A DNA stretch of 64,000 nt from Perkinsela sp. CCAP 1560/9 (GCA_965644495.1 CBFFSA010000044.1:1-64000); one strand, 5' to 3'; numbered from the stretch's first letter, positions 8,501-18,642 are shown. Numbers and translations are program-made. Notes: a model not told the origin generated them from the sequence alone.

Positions 8501-9455
8501 ATTGCCTCATTCCGAAGACTTTCCACACGATACAAACCCCCTTTACGCATCCGAAGATTGCGTTGACGCGCAGCCACCCGACTGGGCAAGTAATAGCGTC
8601 CCCCGCCAAAAAGACATAAGTTACGCGATCTCTGCCACAGAGTTCTCGCACGCATATGAAAACGCCGACGCCCGGACTCGCGCACGCTGGGCTTCTCAGT
8701 GTGGTAAAGGAGCAAGCAGTTGGGCGTTCGTAACTCCTTCCAGAGACACGGGCCACGCCTTTAACCCCACAGAATTCCGCATCCTATCCCGCTGGTGGTT
8801 AGGTGTGCCCGTGTACGGGGAAGAAGGTACATGTCCCAAGGGGAACTGCACACCCCCATTGGACATACACGGCGATCACGCTCTCACATGCAAGCACGGG
8901 GACGGTATCATCGGCCGTCACAACGCCTTGGCCGATCACTTTGCCGATACTTGCAGTAACGCACGCCTAGCTCCCCAACGGGAAAAAAGCCTCGGGAACC
9001 GGGGCCCCGGAGGCGCTCTGACTAGGCCCGGGGACGTCTTCCTTCCGAGTCTCTTCCTCGGGAAACCTATCGTGCTTGACTTCGCGGTCACTCACGCCCA
9101 GCAATCTAAATACACGGACACAGTCCGAAATGCTAGCTGGGTGGCCGCGGGGTCCTTCGCAGAGCATTATGCCTCAGAGCAGAAAGTCCGACAACGCCGT
9201 GAATCTGAAGATGCCGGAAGCGATTTCACAGCTATGGTGGTCGAGAGCTATGGCTCTTGGAGTGCCAGTGCTTTAGCCGTTCTCCGGAAGGTTGGAGAAC
9301 GAAGGGCAAAAGCGTCCAACGGTATCTTGACAGACGAGGCCTCTACGCTCCGTCTCGTGACCGACATGAACGTAACATTGATGCGTTGCCAGGCACGCAT
9401 GATGATTACGCGCCTGCCGGCTGTGGACCCCTTGCCCCCTTTAATCGAGCAATAG
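5589..9455 (+). CDS. Family B polyprotein: LsmAD-like, ZnF, RT, CCHC, RLE (1288 aa)
   Basis: WDQF..STYDEQLYTT, YLDD, GVQQGDPLGP, CPKGNC..HALTC, RPGDV..LDFAV. Confidence 0.95.
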   Translation: MTQTNTPQSPARSNEDHPSFHMSAKEGALSVGALADEERAHSLGSWDQFQGNKHLIRAVSTYDEQLYTTPIPANIPKEWLERARHISQEKETPDTGHVEAEDEEMQHCGVRRQKITHEATPTSKIPDEARTLKSAVKDALSHQGRNTSPSKGVTKADSRSSRRTPEPRTYFSSPRHAANQNNFAEKTQTREETRECPAMGCTWRSLPHGGSWQAFYNHVACRHGNGVPATWWDAEGRFLCNLCGRHYDINKREAHPQACKGNVANPQIPSRAAHSSDPSHLPGTQTHHSELPSLSSICTLRLNTCKDVPPRCRQLWGEIITKAAQNAVTENSTAAWTLFAMLPKCLLPAPHRGGRKNHTTYASYVQKCMNRWLAQDYVSLWNEAVDNALKKQSVAPTTVHDEEEKAAIRAELLARQGEYSRGMAALTADAMAPDDEDTLLKLQSKHPPRHPDSDIIDYTPPPTAPLIMDEPVVAKTIKSFHRGSSSGTMGLRPEHLQAVLLAHVDNTVKPLTALKNLVNHLLAGKEPLEVQPYFAGARLCALEKGENDVRPIAAGETIRRLVSKAACNAVRSKAREFFKGLQFGVATPAGSERIIHTCRHAMTIHTDNPDMVLCKVDLSNAFNNVSRATFLKLVGEHFPELFPWASWCYTTTSALTYRDHTLLSDEGVQQGDPLGPLFFSLVSLELAKEIYHQADLDLQLWYLDDGILIGRAEDVRNSLDTIARVGPRWGLYLNMSKCEIITPPASANVVTIFPDIPDAKINVCGNFSVLGSPIGSPEYCTEYLLTHAVEPAEMALDAITRIRDPQVAMALIRQCAGFCKLVHALRTTPPQSVMNLCKRLDDFLMHAVESTLCPLPPSARAQIQRLKRHGGFGLKSATVHASSAYASSVVFAAATDSWDASEVEGFLQSIEDVNSKVGISLLDSNGLVRSIPRHKCEELSPKARFTKRSREGETRHPFEPANPPSLPRDRALPHSEDFPHDTNPLYASEDCVDAQPPDWASNSVPRQKDISYAISATEFSHAYENADARTRARWASQCGKGASSWAFVTPSRDTGHAFNPTEFRILSRWWLGVPVYGEEGTCPKGNCTPPLDIHGDHALTCKHGDGIIGRHNALADHFADTCSNARLAPQREKSLGNRGPGGALTRPGDVFLPSLFLGKPIVLDFAVTHAQQSKYTDTVRNASWVAAGSFAEHYASEQKVRQRRESEDAGSDFTAMVVESYGSWSASALAVLRKVGERRAKASNGILTDEASTLRLVTDMNVTLMRCQARMMITRLPAVDPLPPLIEQ

Positions 9456-9510
9456 CACGATGACGGATGTGCAAGATGGGCCGCTCAGCCGGAACTCGAA
9501 CAGCTGGTCC

Positions 9511-9750
9511 GGATGCTGGTCGATGCCGGCAGGGTCTATGCTCACGCCTAGTCCGCCAGGGCTAGGTACTCCAAGTGAGGTAGGACATGGGTAGGGAACT
9601 TTGTTCCTCCCCGTCGGCCAGCATCATGCTCCGCGACCGTGCCGCTGTCGGCACAGGCCCATTGCTTGCGCCCTCTCGTACAACAAGAGAAGGGTTACCA
9701 AGGCAAGCTGGGAGAGGTCGAAAGACCCGGTCCGGAACGCGCGAATGGTT
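9511..9750 (+). ncRNA. Conserved structured RNA in family B 3' UTR
   Basis: Homologous to 5024-5262, with compensatory substitutions. Confidence 0.75.
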
Positions 9751-9990
9751 CGGGGAAAGTCTGCCCCTCCTAGCCGAGGGAGACCTTACCCTCCCTGGAA
9801 AGCTGGTAAGATTGGTAAGGGGAAGTGGGTAAGATGGGAAATCATGTATTTGCTAGTTATATATTTTGCTCGTTTTTAAAATGGGGGGAAGTGAGGGAAA
9901 GAAGTTGAGCAAGTAGGAAAGTAAGTGAGAAAGTCATACCGTACATACATATATAAAGTTAGAACTCGTACTCTTCCCCCCCTATTATCT

Positions 9991-10021
<31 letters not shown>

Positions 10022-10025
<4 letters not shown>

Positions 10026-10879
10026 TAGAAGATCTTTAACGATAAAGATACAGTTTCTGTACCTTGTTGAATTATTTTCTTTTCTTTATCTCACTCTTAC
10101 GCGCCATGGTTGTTTTAACTCGATCTAAGGCGAAGCAGGTCTCGAACTTCGAGCGCGAGGTGAAAGCACACACACTCGGCTGCTGGGACCAATTCGACGC
10201 AAACAAGGACCTTGTTAAAGGCAAGAGTACGTACCATGTAGACTTATACACTACACCCCTCCCACCTAATCCTTCAGCTGAATCTTTACGGCGAGCGGAC
10301 GAGATTGCACTCAGCATTACGAACTCTGTGGAAGGTGAGACCCCAGATACAGGGCAACAGCAGACAAGTACGGAAGAGGAACTTTTCTCCAGTGTCCGTC
10401 CAACTGAGGACTTCGAATTCCAGTTTGCGGGAGCAGAATCTTCTTCACTCAGCCTATCAAAAACCACAAATAAGGCTGTGAAGGAGAGGTGCGAACGACA
10501 TATCCGGAGGTCATACGACAACGAATATAATTACGAAAAAGATAAATTGCTCTTCCCCGATCTCACTCCTGAAGACCTTACTGTGTCTGTGAATGGATGC
10601 GGAAAAGGACGGAAAAAGAAGAAGCGACCCAAGAGCATCTCCCTTTCCCAATTGTGTGCTGAGTCCGGGGCCGACAGCGACGACCGTGACACCGCACAAT
10701 CAAGTTCCAACTCCCCTAGGCCATACACTCCTGAGGCTGAAAGTGACAGCAATCTGTCTGCGGCATCATCTCCGAAAAAACCGGACACAAAGCCCCATGC
10801 GGACACTTCAGTAAGTCTCAAGCGACACCGTACATACATATATAAAGTTAGAACTCGTACTCTTCCCCCCCTATTATCT

Positions 10880-10917
<38 letters not shown>
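10022..10917 (+). mobile_element. Short non-autonomous unit (G): SL + LsmAD-like N-terminal ORF fused to family B terminal module + poly(A)
   Basis: SL 10034-10069; ATG 10106; 10827-10881 matches the family B 3' end; poly(A) 10882-10917; no RT. Confidence 0.85.
10106..10830 (+). pseudogene. N-terminal part of an LsmAD-bearing retroelement ORF with no stop before the poly(A)
   Basis: WDQFDANKDLVKGKSTYHVDLYTTPLP..RRADEIA..EEELFSSVR; FPDLTP..KKKRPK shared with family E. Confidence 0.8.
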
Positions 10918-10918
<1 letters not shown>

Positions 10919-11187
10919 GCTTGCCACTGATTGCCTTGTGACCCTGTTTCCCATGGGCAAGATTCCACAGGACATTTCCTGGTGCCATATTGGGCTTTAG
11001 TCGGCGTGCTTGCAAATGACTCGTCTTTTCCTGAGGCTGGGGGAACTCGATGGCGTTTGAGGTTTACCTCACTGGAATCGCAGCTCTCTTGGGTTGATGT
11101 ATGGTCTGTGGTCGTTTCATCGCTACTCTCGGAGCCCAAGTCCTTCCCTGGGGGGCTGGAGGTGACGTTCCGCTTGGGTCGTTTCTT
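10918..11187 (-). mobile_element. Inverted internal fragment of a G/E-like element (linker to first zinc finger)
   Basis: Minus strand encodes NLKRHR..CPVESCPWETGSQGNQWQA, homologous to CPVETCTWKTGPHGGQWRA of family E. Confidence 0.8.
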
Positions 11188-12586
11188 TTTCTGTACCTTG
11201 TTGTGTTTTTATTTTTATTTTTACTCGTATGAACACGCAAAACGCCGAACAAATTATGAAGAGGGGATCAACGCTCAAGCCGACAGCACACGAACGAATT
11301 CACAAGCTGCACGCACCCAGCTAAGAAAGAGCATGAAGAATGAACACGAGAAGACAGCAGCAGAATTGAATGCAATACCGAGATTCCAAAATATCATAAA
11401 GCGAACGAAGGAGGCGAACAATCACTTAGATTCAACGTGCAACTACGTAAATCCATATCTTTTTCGTTACACTCTAATGATGCGCCTAGGAATTGCTCTA
11501 AGTAATGTGTCAGGCGAGATTACATGCCCTGGATGTGGAACAATCGAAACATCAAGCAAAATCATTCCTCACGTAGCGGGATGTTCACGATGTGCTGGCA
11601 TGAATTGCACGAGAAAACATTCTCATTTGGTACGCTATATTGCCGAAATGTGTTCCAAAGCTGGTCTTCCATGTGCGATCGAACCTCGTATTCATGCGTC
11701 CTTTTTTTGCACCAAATGCAAGTGCTCAATTTCCCCAGAAGCGGCGGAATACCATCCTTGCCGAGCGCGTCGAATTAGATCTGGCCCAGACCTAGCGATT
11801 ATGTGGCCAGATGTTGGAGAAATTTTATACGACGTTACCGTGGTACATACGTGCTGCAGCAGCTATGCAAAGCAGAGCAGCAATGCCCTGCTGCAGAGTG
11901 CGGAAGAGCGGAAGATAGCAAAATATGTCAAAGAAAAAGGTCTTGATCCAGAATGCTTTCGCTGCATAGCTGTGACAGATTGTGGAGTACTACATGAAGA
12001 GACAAAGGTTTTGCTGAAAACATTGGCGAAAAGAAATGATGTTGATTACAAGATTGTACGAGAAGCTTTTCAACTTGAACTGGAAAAATATTCAGCCTAT
12101 GCAGTCGTCTCTCAATTGCGCCAATATATAGAAACCGAGAAATGGGTAGGAGGACTCCGTCTTTAAACACTCCTCTGAATATTACATTTTCGCTGCTTTT
12201 AACATTTCGTTAATAATGTTTCGTTGCTTTCAGCCTTTGGTGATTAATAATGTTTCGTTGCTTTCAGCCTTTGGTGATTACTGTTTCGCTGCTTGGTTAG
12301 GTTTCAGCCTTTGGTTATTTTTGTTTTGCTGCTTGGTGATTATTGTTCCGCAGCTTTCAGCTCTTGGTTGTTACTGTTTCGCTGCTTTGGGTTATCACCG
12401 TTTCGCTGCTTTGAGTCGTCACTTTTTCGCTGCTTTCAGCATTCGGCTATTACTGTTTTGCTTTTTTGAGTAACATGTGAATAAATAAAGGAACGGAAAA
12501 CACGTGAAACTATTATTTTGAGTATACAGCAACATTGTATACTGCCATTGTATACTACAACAAGACGTTAAAGTCGTAAAAAAAAA
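11188..12586 (+). mobile_element. Internally deleted family F element: partial SL, short 5' end, joined to the CCHC/RLE-coding 3' part and 3' UTR
   Basis: SL 3' half at 11188-11203; 11276-12648 duplicates 15632-17004 (offset 4356); stop at 12166. Confidence 0.85.
12187..12465 (+). repeat. Degenerate TGTTTCGCTGCTTTCAGC-type tandem repeats in family F 3' UTR (second copy ~16543-16821)
   Basis: Recurring TTTCG(C/T)TGCTT(TCAGC) units read directly. Confidence 0.8.
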
Positions 12587-12756
12587 GGGATGCTTGTCGG
12601 GCGTGGTACTGTCGTCTGGCGGCTCTACATTTTCGGGAGACTTCTTTCGTACAAAATTGCAAGTCAGTAAAAATAAAAACAAAAATTTCACTTCAAACTC
12701 GGAAACAATACAAAAGCAAGTCAAAGACGAACACCATAGCGAAAAATGCCGGAAAC

Positions 12757-13277
12757 TTACAGTTTACATACGCTTACTATATCTGATTGACTATATGTTT
12801 TTCTTCCGGAAGTGCAATTCTAAAAGTTTACGAAAAGAACTGTACAATGGAAATTTTGATTTCTGAGAATTATATTTACGTTAGTTGGCCGACGGGCATT
12901 GTACGTTTGTTATTCATAAGCTAGTATAGTGACACAAAGCATTATACAGTGAACTGGTAATAGAGCGCGTTTTTATCCTTTGAAACTTTTTGCCCCACCC
13001 ACCAACCCCCAAACCACTCCCCGCGTGGACACCCGTTCGAGAAAGGGAGGGAAGGGAGTTCTCTCCAGGAAAAAGTTCATGAGGTATATAAAATAGATTT
13101 GATACTTACTTCGCGAAGTTGATATTACAGTACTGGTGAAGATAATGTCTTTTACTCTGTTGTCCATGATGGATGTTATATTTCGGTAGCTCTGTAGTTC
13201 TACAGATTAAACATTACAGTTTACATACGCTTACTATATCTGATTGACTATATGTTTTTCTTCCGGAAGTGCAATTC
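12757..13277 (+). repeat. 64-bp direct repeat (12757-12820 and 13214-13277) in an AT-rich spacer
   Basis: TTACAGTTTACATACG...GGAAGTGCAATTC occurs twice. Confidence 0.85.
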
Positions 13278-13390
13278 GTGTTTAATACAGTTGAAGTCAT
13301 GTTGCGCGGTGAATTCCTAGATCTTTTGACTGTATTTTGATCACTAGTTTCCTGATTATCGTTTTTGTACCTGTTAAAAAAAAAAAAAAA

Positions 13391-16300
13391 CATCCTGAAG
13401 ATTGCGAAGGCGCCTCCGATGATACCACAGGCGAAGAATCTGATGTGATGTCGGTGGATGAGGAAGTGACGTCGATGGATGGGGAAGTGGGGCAACGCAA
13501 AAACGAAGAATTTCCGAAGGCTCCAGATCACATCAACACCATTATCCATGAATGGGGCAAAGGAACGACGTGCGAACTGAGATGGGGATTCAAAAAAGAG
13601 CAGAAATATGCCTCAAAAGGAGTAGTGGTGAAGAGGACTGTCCGAAAAGGTATTGTAAAGCTGAAGGTGGAATACAAGCCAAGCGACGGAGACAATGGAC
13701 CCTCTGGTTTTATCTACCTTCCTCCATCTGCAAAAGTGAAAATTTGGTCCATTAAGGCACTGTGTCTAAATAAAGTAAAAAGCGTCGATGTGTCAATGGA
13801 AAACACTGGAAATTCAGAGAACAAGGAGGAGCGAGGCATTGAGGGAACATCTGATTTGGAACCGCTGCCAAAGATGGCACAAATTGATCCAACGTTTGCC
13901 GTCCATGTAATCGCGATTTTTCGTTCCATTATTAAAGCGTACCCGAAGGCTCAGACAGAAGCAGAAAGAACTGTTATCTGGCACAAACTCCTCGATACAC
14001 CACGGGACTCTTTGGCCACAATCCGTCTAAACTACCTACGGCGCCAGAGCTCCGTACAGCGTCGAGGGAGACGTGAGTGGGAAACTATCGATACGAACAT
14101 TACCGAGGAAGAACGACTTGTACAAGAAGTAGACAAACGATCAATTCGAAATGCATTGCAAGCAGCAAAGGCAGGAAATCTTGGAAAAGCTACCCGCATA
14201 CTCGACAATGTTTACAAGGACTCTGCTCTTCCACTCTGGGAAAAGGTTGACAAACTTCGAGATCTACACCCCAAAGGCCCTACACCTCAAACTTCTGATC
14301 GAGACTTCCCGCGAATTGCGATATTGGAACCTTCTGAACTTCGTCTAGCGACTGAAAAATTGTCAAAAGGTGCAGCTCCTGGCCCGACAGGTCTGAGTGA
14401 AAGCATGATGCGAATTTTAGTGGAGGACGAAGAATCCTGCCTTTCACTCTGCCACATGCTGAGAGACGTCATAAATGGGGAAGTTGCGAAAAGTGTCCGA
14501 GTAAGATTAACACGATGCAGAATGATAGCCCTTGCAAAACCGAACAATGGAATACGACCGGTTGCAATGGGGGAAACGCTGCTAAAAATTTGCGGTTGTA
14601 TCCTCCTTGAGCGCCATGCGAACTCCTTGTCAGACATATTCCAACCGATCCAAAGAGGCATATTACAAAAGAATGCATGTGAGTCCATTGTACATGAACT
14701 TTTGGAAGAGCATGAAGCTGGAGCCACAATTTTGACGATTGACTTCAAGAATGCATACAATACGCCACAACGTACGGCAATAGAAGAAGCGCTCCTTCAA
14801 TACCCGGTATTCAAACACTTTATGCGAATGTTCTATTTTGAATATGGTCAACCATCGGAACTTTTATTTTTCGCCAACGACTCATTACATTCCGTGATCG
14901 AAAGCTCGTCTGGGGTCCGTCAAGGATCAGCACTCTCTTCGGTTTATTTTTGCGCACTGCTACAAGGTCCTTTGAAAGAAATTGCGAAGCTCTATCCAGA
15001 GGTTACTATCAGAGCCTACCAGGACGATGTGACGATGAGCTCCAAAAATGAGTCGTCTTTGGAAGTTGCGTTCCTTCACCTCAAAGAACTAGCAAGTGGT
15101 CTGAATCTTGAAATTAATTCCCGTAAATGCGAAGTATTCCAAGGCAACAGTTCAACGAATAATCGAGGGATGGATCTCAAGGAACTTGGGGTGGAAGACT
15201 GTGTGGATTCCATCAAGGTCCTAGGAGCATACATCGGGCATAATAAAGCCGTTGAACGAAAGCTCTTGGAGAAGTTAGGGAAACATAAATGTTTATTTCG
15301 AAGACTTCGCGCTATGGGTCCCAGCAACTTGTCACTAGCGATTCTCAAGCGATGTACCATACCCCGTCATGATTACCACCTTCGAGTCCACAAACCTGGA
15401 GCTTCGTTTCTTCTTGCCCAGGTGTTCGACGAGGAAATCCATGAGATCTTAAAGAAATGGTGTGGTGCAGATAGTGAAGCACTTAAACTCTCTGCCCTCC
15501 CATGTAAAATGGGAGGTCTAGGAATCACCTCAACCGTTCTAAAGCAACGCTACTTTTTCGAAGCGTCCCTAAAATCTATTGATGAGCGATCGAAACCCAT
15601 TAATGCTCCGGTAGATAAGGGAGGCAAGAAACAAGCCGACAGCACACGAACGAATTCACAAGCTGCACGCACCCAGCTAAGAAAGAGCATGAAGAATGAA
15701 CACGAGAAGACAGCAGCAGAATTGAATGCAATACCGAGATTCCAAAATATCATAAAGCGAACGAAGGAGGCGAACAATCACTTAGATTCAACGTGCAACT
15801 ACGTAAATCCATATCTTTTTCGTTACACTCTAATGATGCGCCTAGGAATTGCTCTAAGTAATGTGTCAGGCGAGATTACATGCCCTGGATGTGGAACAAT
15901 CGAAACATCAAGCAAAATCATTCCTCACGTAGCGGGATGTTCACGATGTGCTGGCATGAATTGCACGAGAAAACATTCTCATTTGGTACGCTATATTGCC
16001 GAAATGTGTTCCAAAGCTGGTCTTCCATGTGCGATCGAACCTCGTATTCATGCGTCCTTTTTTTGCACCAAATGCAAGTGCTCAATTTCCCCAGAAGCGG
16101 CGGAATACCATCCTTGCCGAGCGCGTCGAATTAGATCTGGCCCAGACCTAGCGATTATGTGGCCAGATGTTGGAGAAATTTTATACGACGTTACCGTGGT
16201 ACATACGTGCTGCAGCAGCTATGCAAAGCAGAGCAGCAATGCCCTGCTGCAGAGTGCGGAAGAGCGGAAGATAGCAAAATATGTCAAAGAAAAAGGTCTT

Positions 16301-16522
16301 GGTCCAGAATGCTTTCGCTGCATAGCTGTGACAGATTGTGGAGTACTACATGAAGAGACAAAGGTTTTGCTGAAAACATTGGCGAAAAGAAATGATGTTG
16401 ATTACAAGATTGTACGAGAAGCTTTTCAACTTGAACTGGAAAAATATTCAGCCTATGCAGTCGTCTCTCAATTGCGCCAATATATAGAAACCGAGAAATG
16501 GGTAGGAGGACTCCGTCTTTAA
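13391..16522 (+). CDS. Family F RT/CCHC/RLE ORF, N-terminally truncated (the track start at 13337 reads through poly(A))
   Basis: IRPVAMGE, IDFKNAYN, GVRQGSALS, AYQDD, MGGLGI, CPGC..HVAGC, GPDL..YDVTV..ERKIAKY. Confidence 0.9.
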   Translation, partial: HPEDCEGASDDTTGEESDVMSVDEEVTSMDGEVGQRKNEEFPKAPDHINTIIHEWGKGTTCELRWGFKKEQKYASKGVVVKRTVRKGIVKLKVEYKPSDGDNGPSGFIYLPPSAKVKIWSIKALCLNKVKSVDVSMENTGNSENKEERGIEGTSDLEPLPKMAQIDPTFAVHVIAIFRSIIKAYPKAQTEAERTVIWHKLLDTPRDSLATIRLNYLRRQSSVQRRGRREWETIDTNITEEERLVQEVDKRSIRNALQAAKAGNLGKATRILDNVYKDSALPLWEKVDKLRDLHPKGPTPQTSDRDFPRIAILEPSELRLATEKLSKGAAPGPTGLSESMMRILVEDEESCLSLCHMLRDVINGEVAKSVRVRLTRCRMIALAKPNNGIRPVAMGETLLKICGCILLERHANSLSDIFQPIQRGILQKNACESIVHELLEEHEAGATILTIDFKNAYNTPQRTAIEEALLQYPVFKHFMRMFYFEYGQPSELLFFANDSLHSVIESSSGVRQGSALSSVYFCALLQGPLKEIAKLYPEVTIRAYQDDVTMSSKNESSLEVAFLHLKELASGLNLEINSRKCEVFQGNSSTNNRGMDLKELGVEDCVDSIKVLGAYIGHNKAVERKLLEKLGKHKCLFRRLRAMGPSNLSLAILKRCTIPRHDYHLRVHKPGASFLLAQVFDEEIHEILKKWCGADSEALKLSALPCKMGGLGITSTVLKQRYFFEASLKSIDERSKPINAPVDKGGKKQADSTRTNSQAARTQLRKSMKNEHEKTAAELNAIPRFQNIIKRTKEANNHLDSTCNYVNPYLFRYTLMMRLGIALSNVSGEITCPGCGTIETSSKIIPHVAGCSRCAGMNCTRKHSHLVRYIAEMCSKAGLPCAIEPRIHASFFCTKCKCSISPEAAEYHPCRARRIRSGPDLAIMWPDVGEILYDVTVVHTCCSSYAKQSSNALLQSAEERKIAKYVKEKGLGPECFRCIAVTDCGVLHEETKVLLKTLAKRNDVDYKIVREAFQLELEKYSAYAVVSQLRQYIETEKWVGGLRL

Positions 16523-16942
16523 ACACTCCTCTGAATATTACATTTTCGCTGCTTTTAACATTTCGTTAATAATGTTTCGTTGCTTTCAGCCTTTGGTGAT
16601 TAATAATGTTTCGTTGCTTTCAGCCTTTGGTGATTACTGTTTCGCTGCTTGGTTAGGTTTCAGCCTTTGGTTATTTTTGTTTTGCTGCTTGGTGATTATT
16701 GTTCCGCAGCTTTCAGCTCTTGGTTGTTACTGTTTCGCTGCTTTGGGTTATCACCGTTTCGCTGCTTTGAGTCGTCACTTTTTCGCTGCTTTCAGCATTC
16801 GGCTATTACTGTTTTGCTTTTTTGAGTAACATGTGAATAAATAAAGGAACGGAAAACACGTGAAACTATTATTTTGAGTATACAGCAACATTGTATACTG
16901 CCATTGTATACTACAACAAGACGTTAAAGTCGTAAAAAAAAA
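13391..16942 (+). mobile_element. 5'-truncated family F non-LTR retrotransposon (divergent RLE family)
   Basis: Preceded by an A run at 13376-13390; RT and RLE motifs; repeat-rich 3' UTR ending in a short A run. Confidence 0.9.
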
Positions 16943-17112
16943 GGGATGCTTGTCGGGCGTGGTACTGTCGTCTGGCGGCTCTACATTTTCGGGAGACTTC
17001 TTTCTTTTGGCTCTCAGCCAGCATACTATTTATTCACCCTTTCTGTTCTTCCCCGACTTGGTCTCCCACACCCCGACGTTCATTCATTAACAAAATCATT
17101 GTTCATTAACAT

Positions 17113-17585
17113 TCATTTTTTCTTGTGTTTCTGCGGATCGTTCGATACAGAAAAGTCCAGATTCGGAGGTGTGAGATCGGGAAACGCTAGGATACTGGAA
17201 CCATATGTGTGGTGGTGACCTTCCGATTTCCGAAAATAACGCATGCGCTGCTCCTTCACAGCCTTGTTGGATGACTTTAACTGGCTGGGTGAAGGATCAT
17301 CTGCTCCCACGAATCGAAAACCTGAGGGGCAAGAAGACGAAGTAGAAGAGTCCGCTTCTTCAGACTGGACGTCGGATTGCTCGGTCGGACGGACTCTGGA
17401 GAAAAGTTCCTCCTCCGAGTTCGGTTGCGCGTGTCCAGTATCAGGAGTTGCACCTTCCCTAGAGTTTGTAATGCTGATCGCAATCTCGTCGGCGCGCTGC
17501 GTTGATTCGGGCGAAGGGTACGGTGGAAGAGGCGTCGTATACAGTTCTTCGGCGTACGTGCTCGCACCTTTTACGAGGTCTTTGT
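17113..17585 (-). mobile_element. Inverted fragment of another LsmAD-bearing (G-like) element
   Basis: Minus strand encodes KDLVKGASTYAEELYTTPLP..RADEIAISITNS..EEELFSRVRP..FPDLTPP. Confidence 0.85.
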
Positions 17586-18173
17586 TTCTGTACCTTGTTG
17601 ATTCATTTTAATTTTCTATTTTTCTACGCTTATGACACGCCTTTCTCGTACGTCTTCTCGTTTAGATTCCGAAAACACGCGGAAAAAGGGCAGCAGAACA
17701 ACAGTGAACAACGGGAAGTCTCACGGGAGAGTTGAAAAACAACGTACTCAACGAGATCAAAGCAAGACGAACGGAATAAAGGTAGCAGAAGAATCAGGAT
17801 CGCACACGGAGACACCAGTGAAGGTGAAGAAGACTCCAAAGATCAAGATAATAGGTTCCAAAACACTAGCCCCGAATTGGGCGGACCATGAGCCTCCGTG
17901 TGAAATCACATCGCGGAATCTAATCAAAATCAAAGCCAAGAACTTCCGCATCGGATCTACGAGTCAATCACACGAGAACATAGCCCATGACGAAAACCAT
18001 ATCCAAGAGGACCCAGCCAAAGAAATGTCCGAAACAGAAAGCGAGACCAGTGATACAATGTGTCTGGACGACGATGGATCGACGCAAGATCGAGTACAGG
18101 AGCTAATGACACAGGTCGGCAACAAATCGCCCGACCAAGTGTACAACATCGTTTCCAAGTGGGGCAAGGGTAC
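17584..18173 (+). mobile_element. 5' end of an F-like element (partial SL 17584-17600, ATG 17632), broken off at 18173
   Basis: SPDQVYNIVSKWGKGT aligns with APDHINTIIHEWGKGT of family F; followed abruptly by poly(T). Confidence 0.8.
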
Positions 18174-18353
18174 TTTTTTTTTTTGTCTTAACAAAAGAAG
18201 GGGTCTTAACAAAAGAAAGTTTTTTTTTTTTTTTTTTTTTTTTTTTGCAAATAATTGGGGGGAATAGTATTGGGTCTAACTTTTTATGTATGGAGTCCAA
18301 CTTTTCCACAATTTCCACACTTACGGCCCTTCACTATGTTGGTACGACGGGCG

Positions 18354-18388
<35 letters not shown>

Positions 18389-18642
18389 ACTTTCCTACTT
18401 ACTTTACTTCGCCCTTATCAACTTCGCCCGCTTCTCTCCCTTATCTCCACCCCTCAAAGAAACCATCCGCGACTTTCCGACTTCACCCGCTTCTTTCCCT
18501 CACTTCCCCCCCCCCGAGCATCCATCCGCGCCTTCCAAACTTTGCCCTCCTCTTTCCCTCACTTCCCCCCAGAAATCAATCCGCGCGTGCTCCACCCCTT
18601 CTTCCAGCAGTGCGCGCTTCGGACCGGGTCTCTCGACCTCTC
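18174..18642 (-). mobile_element. Stack of short polyadenylated 3'-end fragments from additional families
   Basis: Poly(T) runs at 18174, ~18220-18246 and 18358-18384; a terminal-module variant at 18247-18300; a structured-RNA tail variant at ~18610-18641. Confidence 0.75.

Larger units (their letters stand above)
5488..10021 (+). mobile_element. Full-length family B non-LTR retrotransposon
   Basis: Stuttered SL then SL 5509-5545, intact ORF, structured 3' UTR, poly(A) 9993-10021. Confidence 0.95.

Noticed and set aside
10931-12166. 411-aa ORF as a real gene
   Set aside because: Chimeric read-through of an inverted fragment, an SL remnant and the family F C-terminus.
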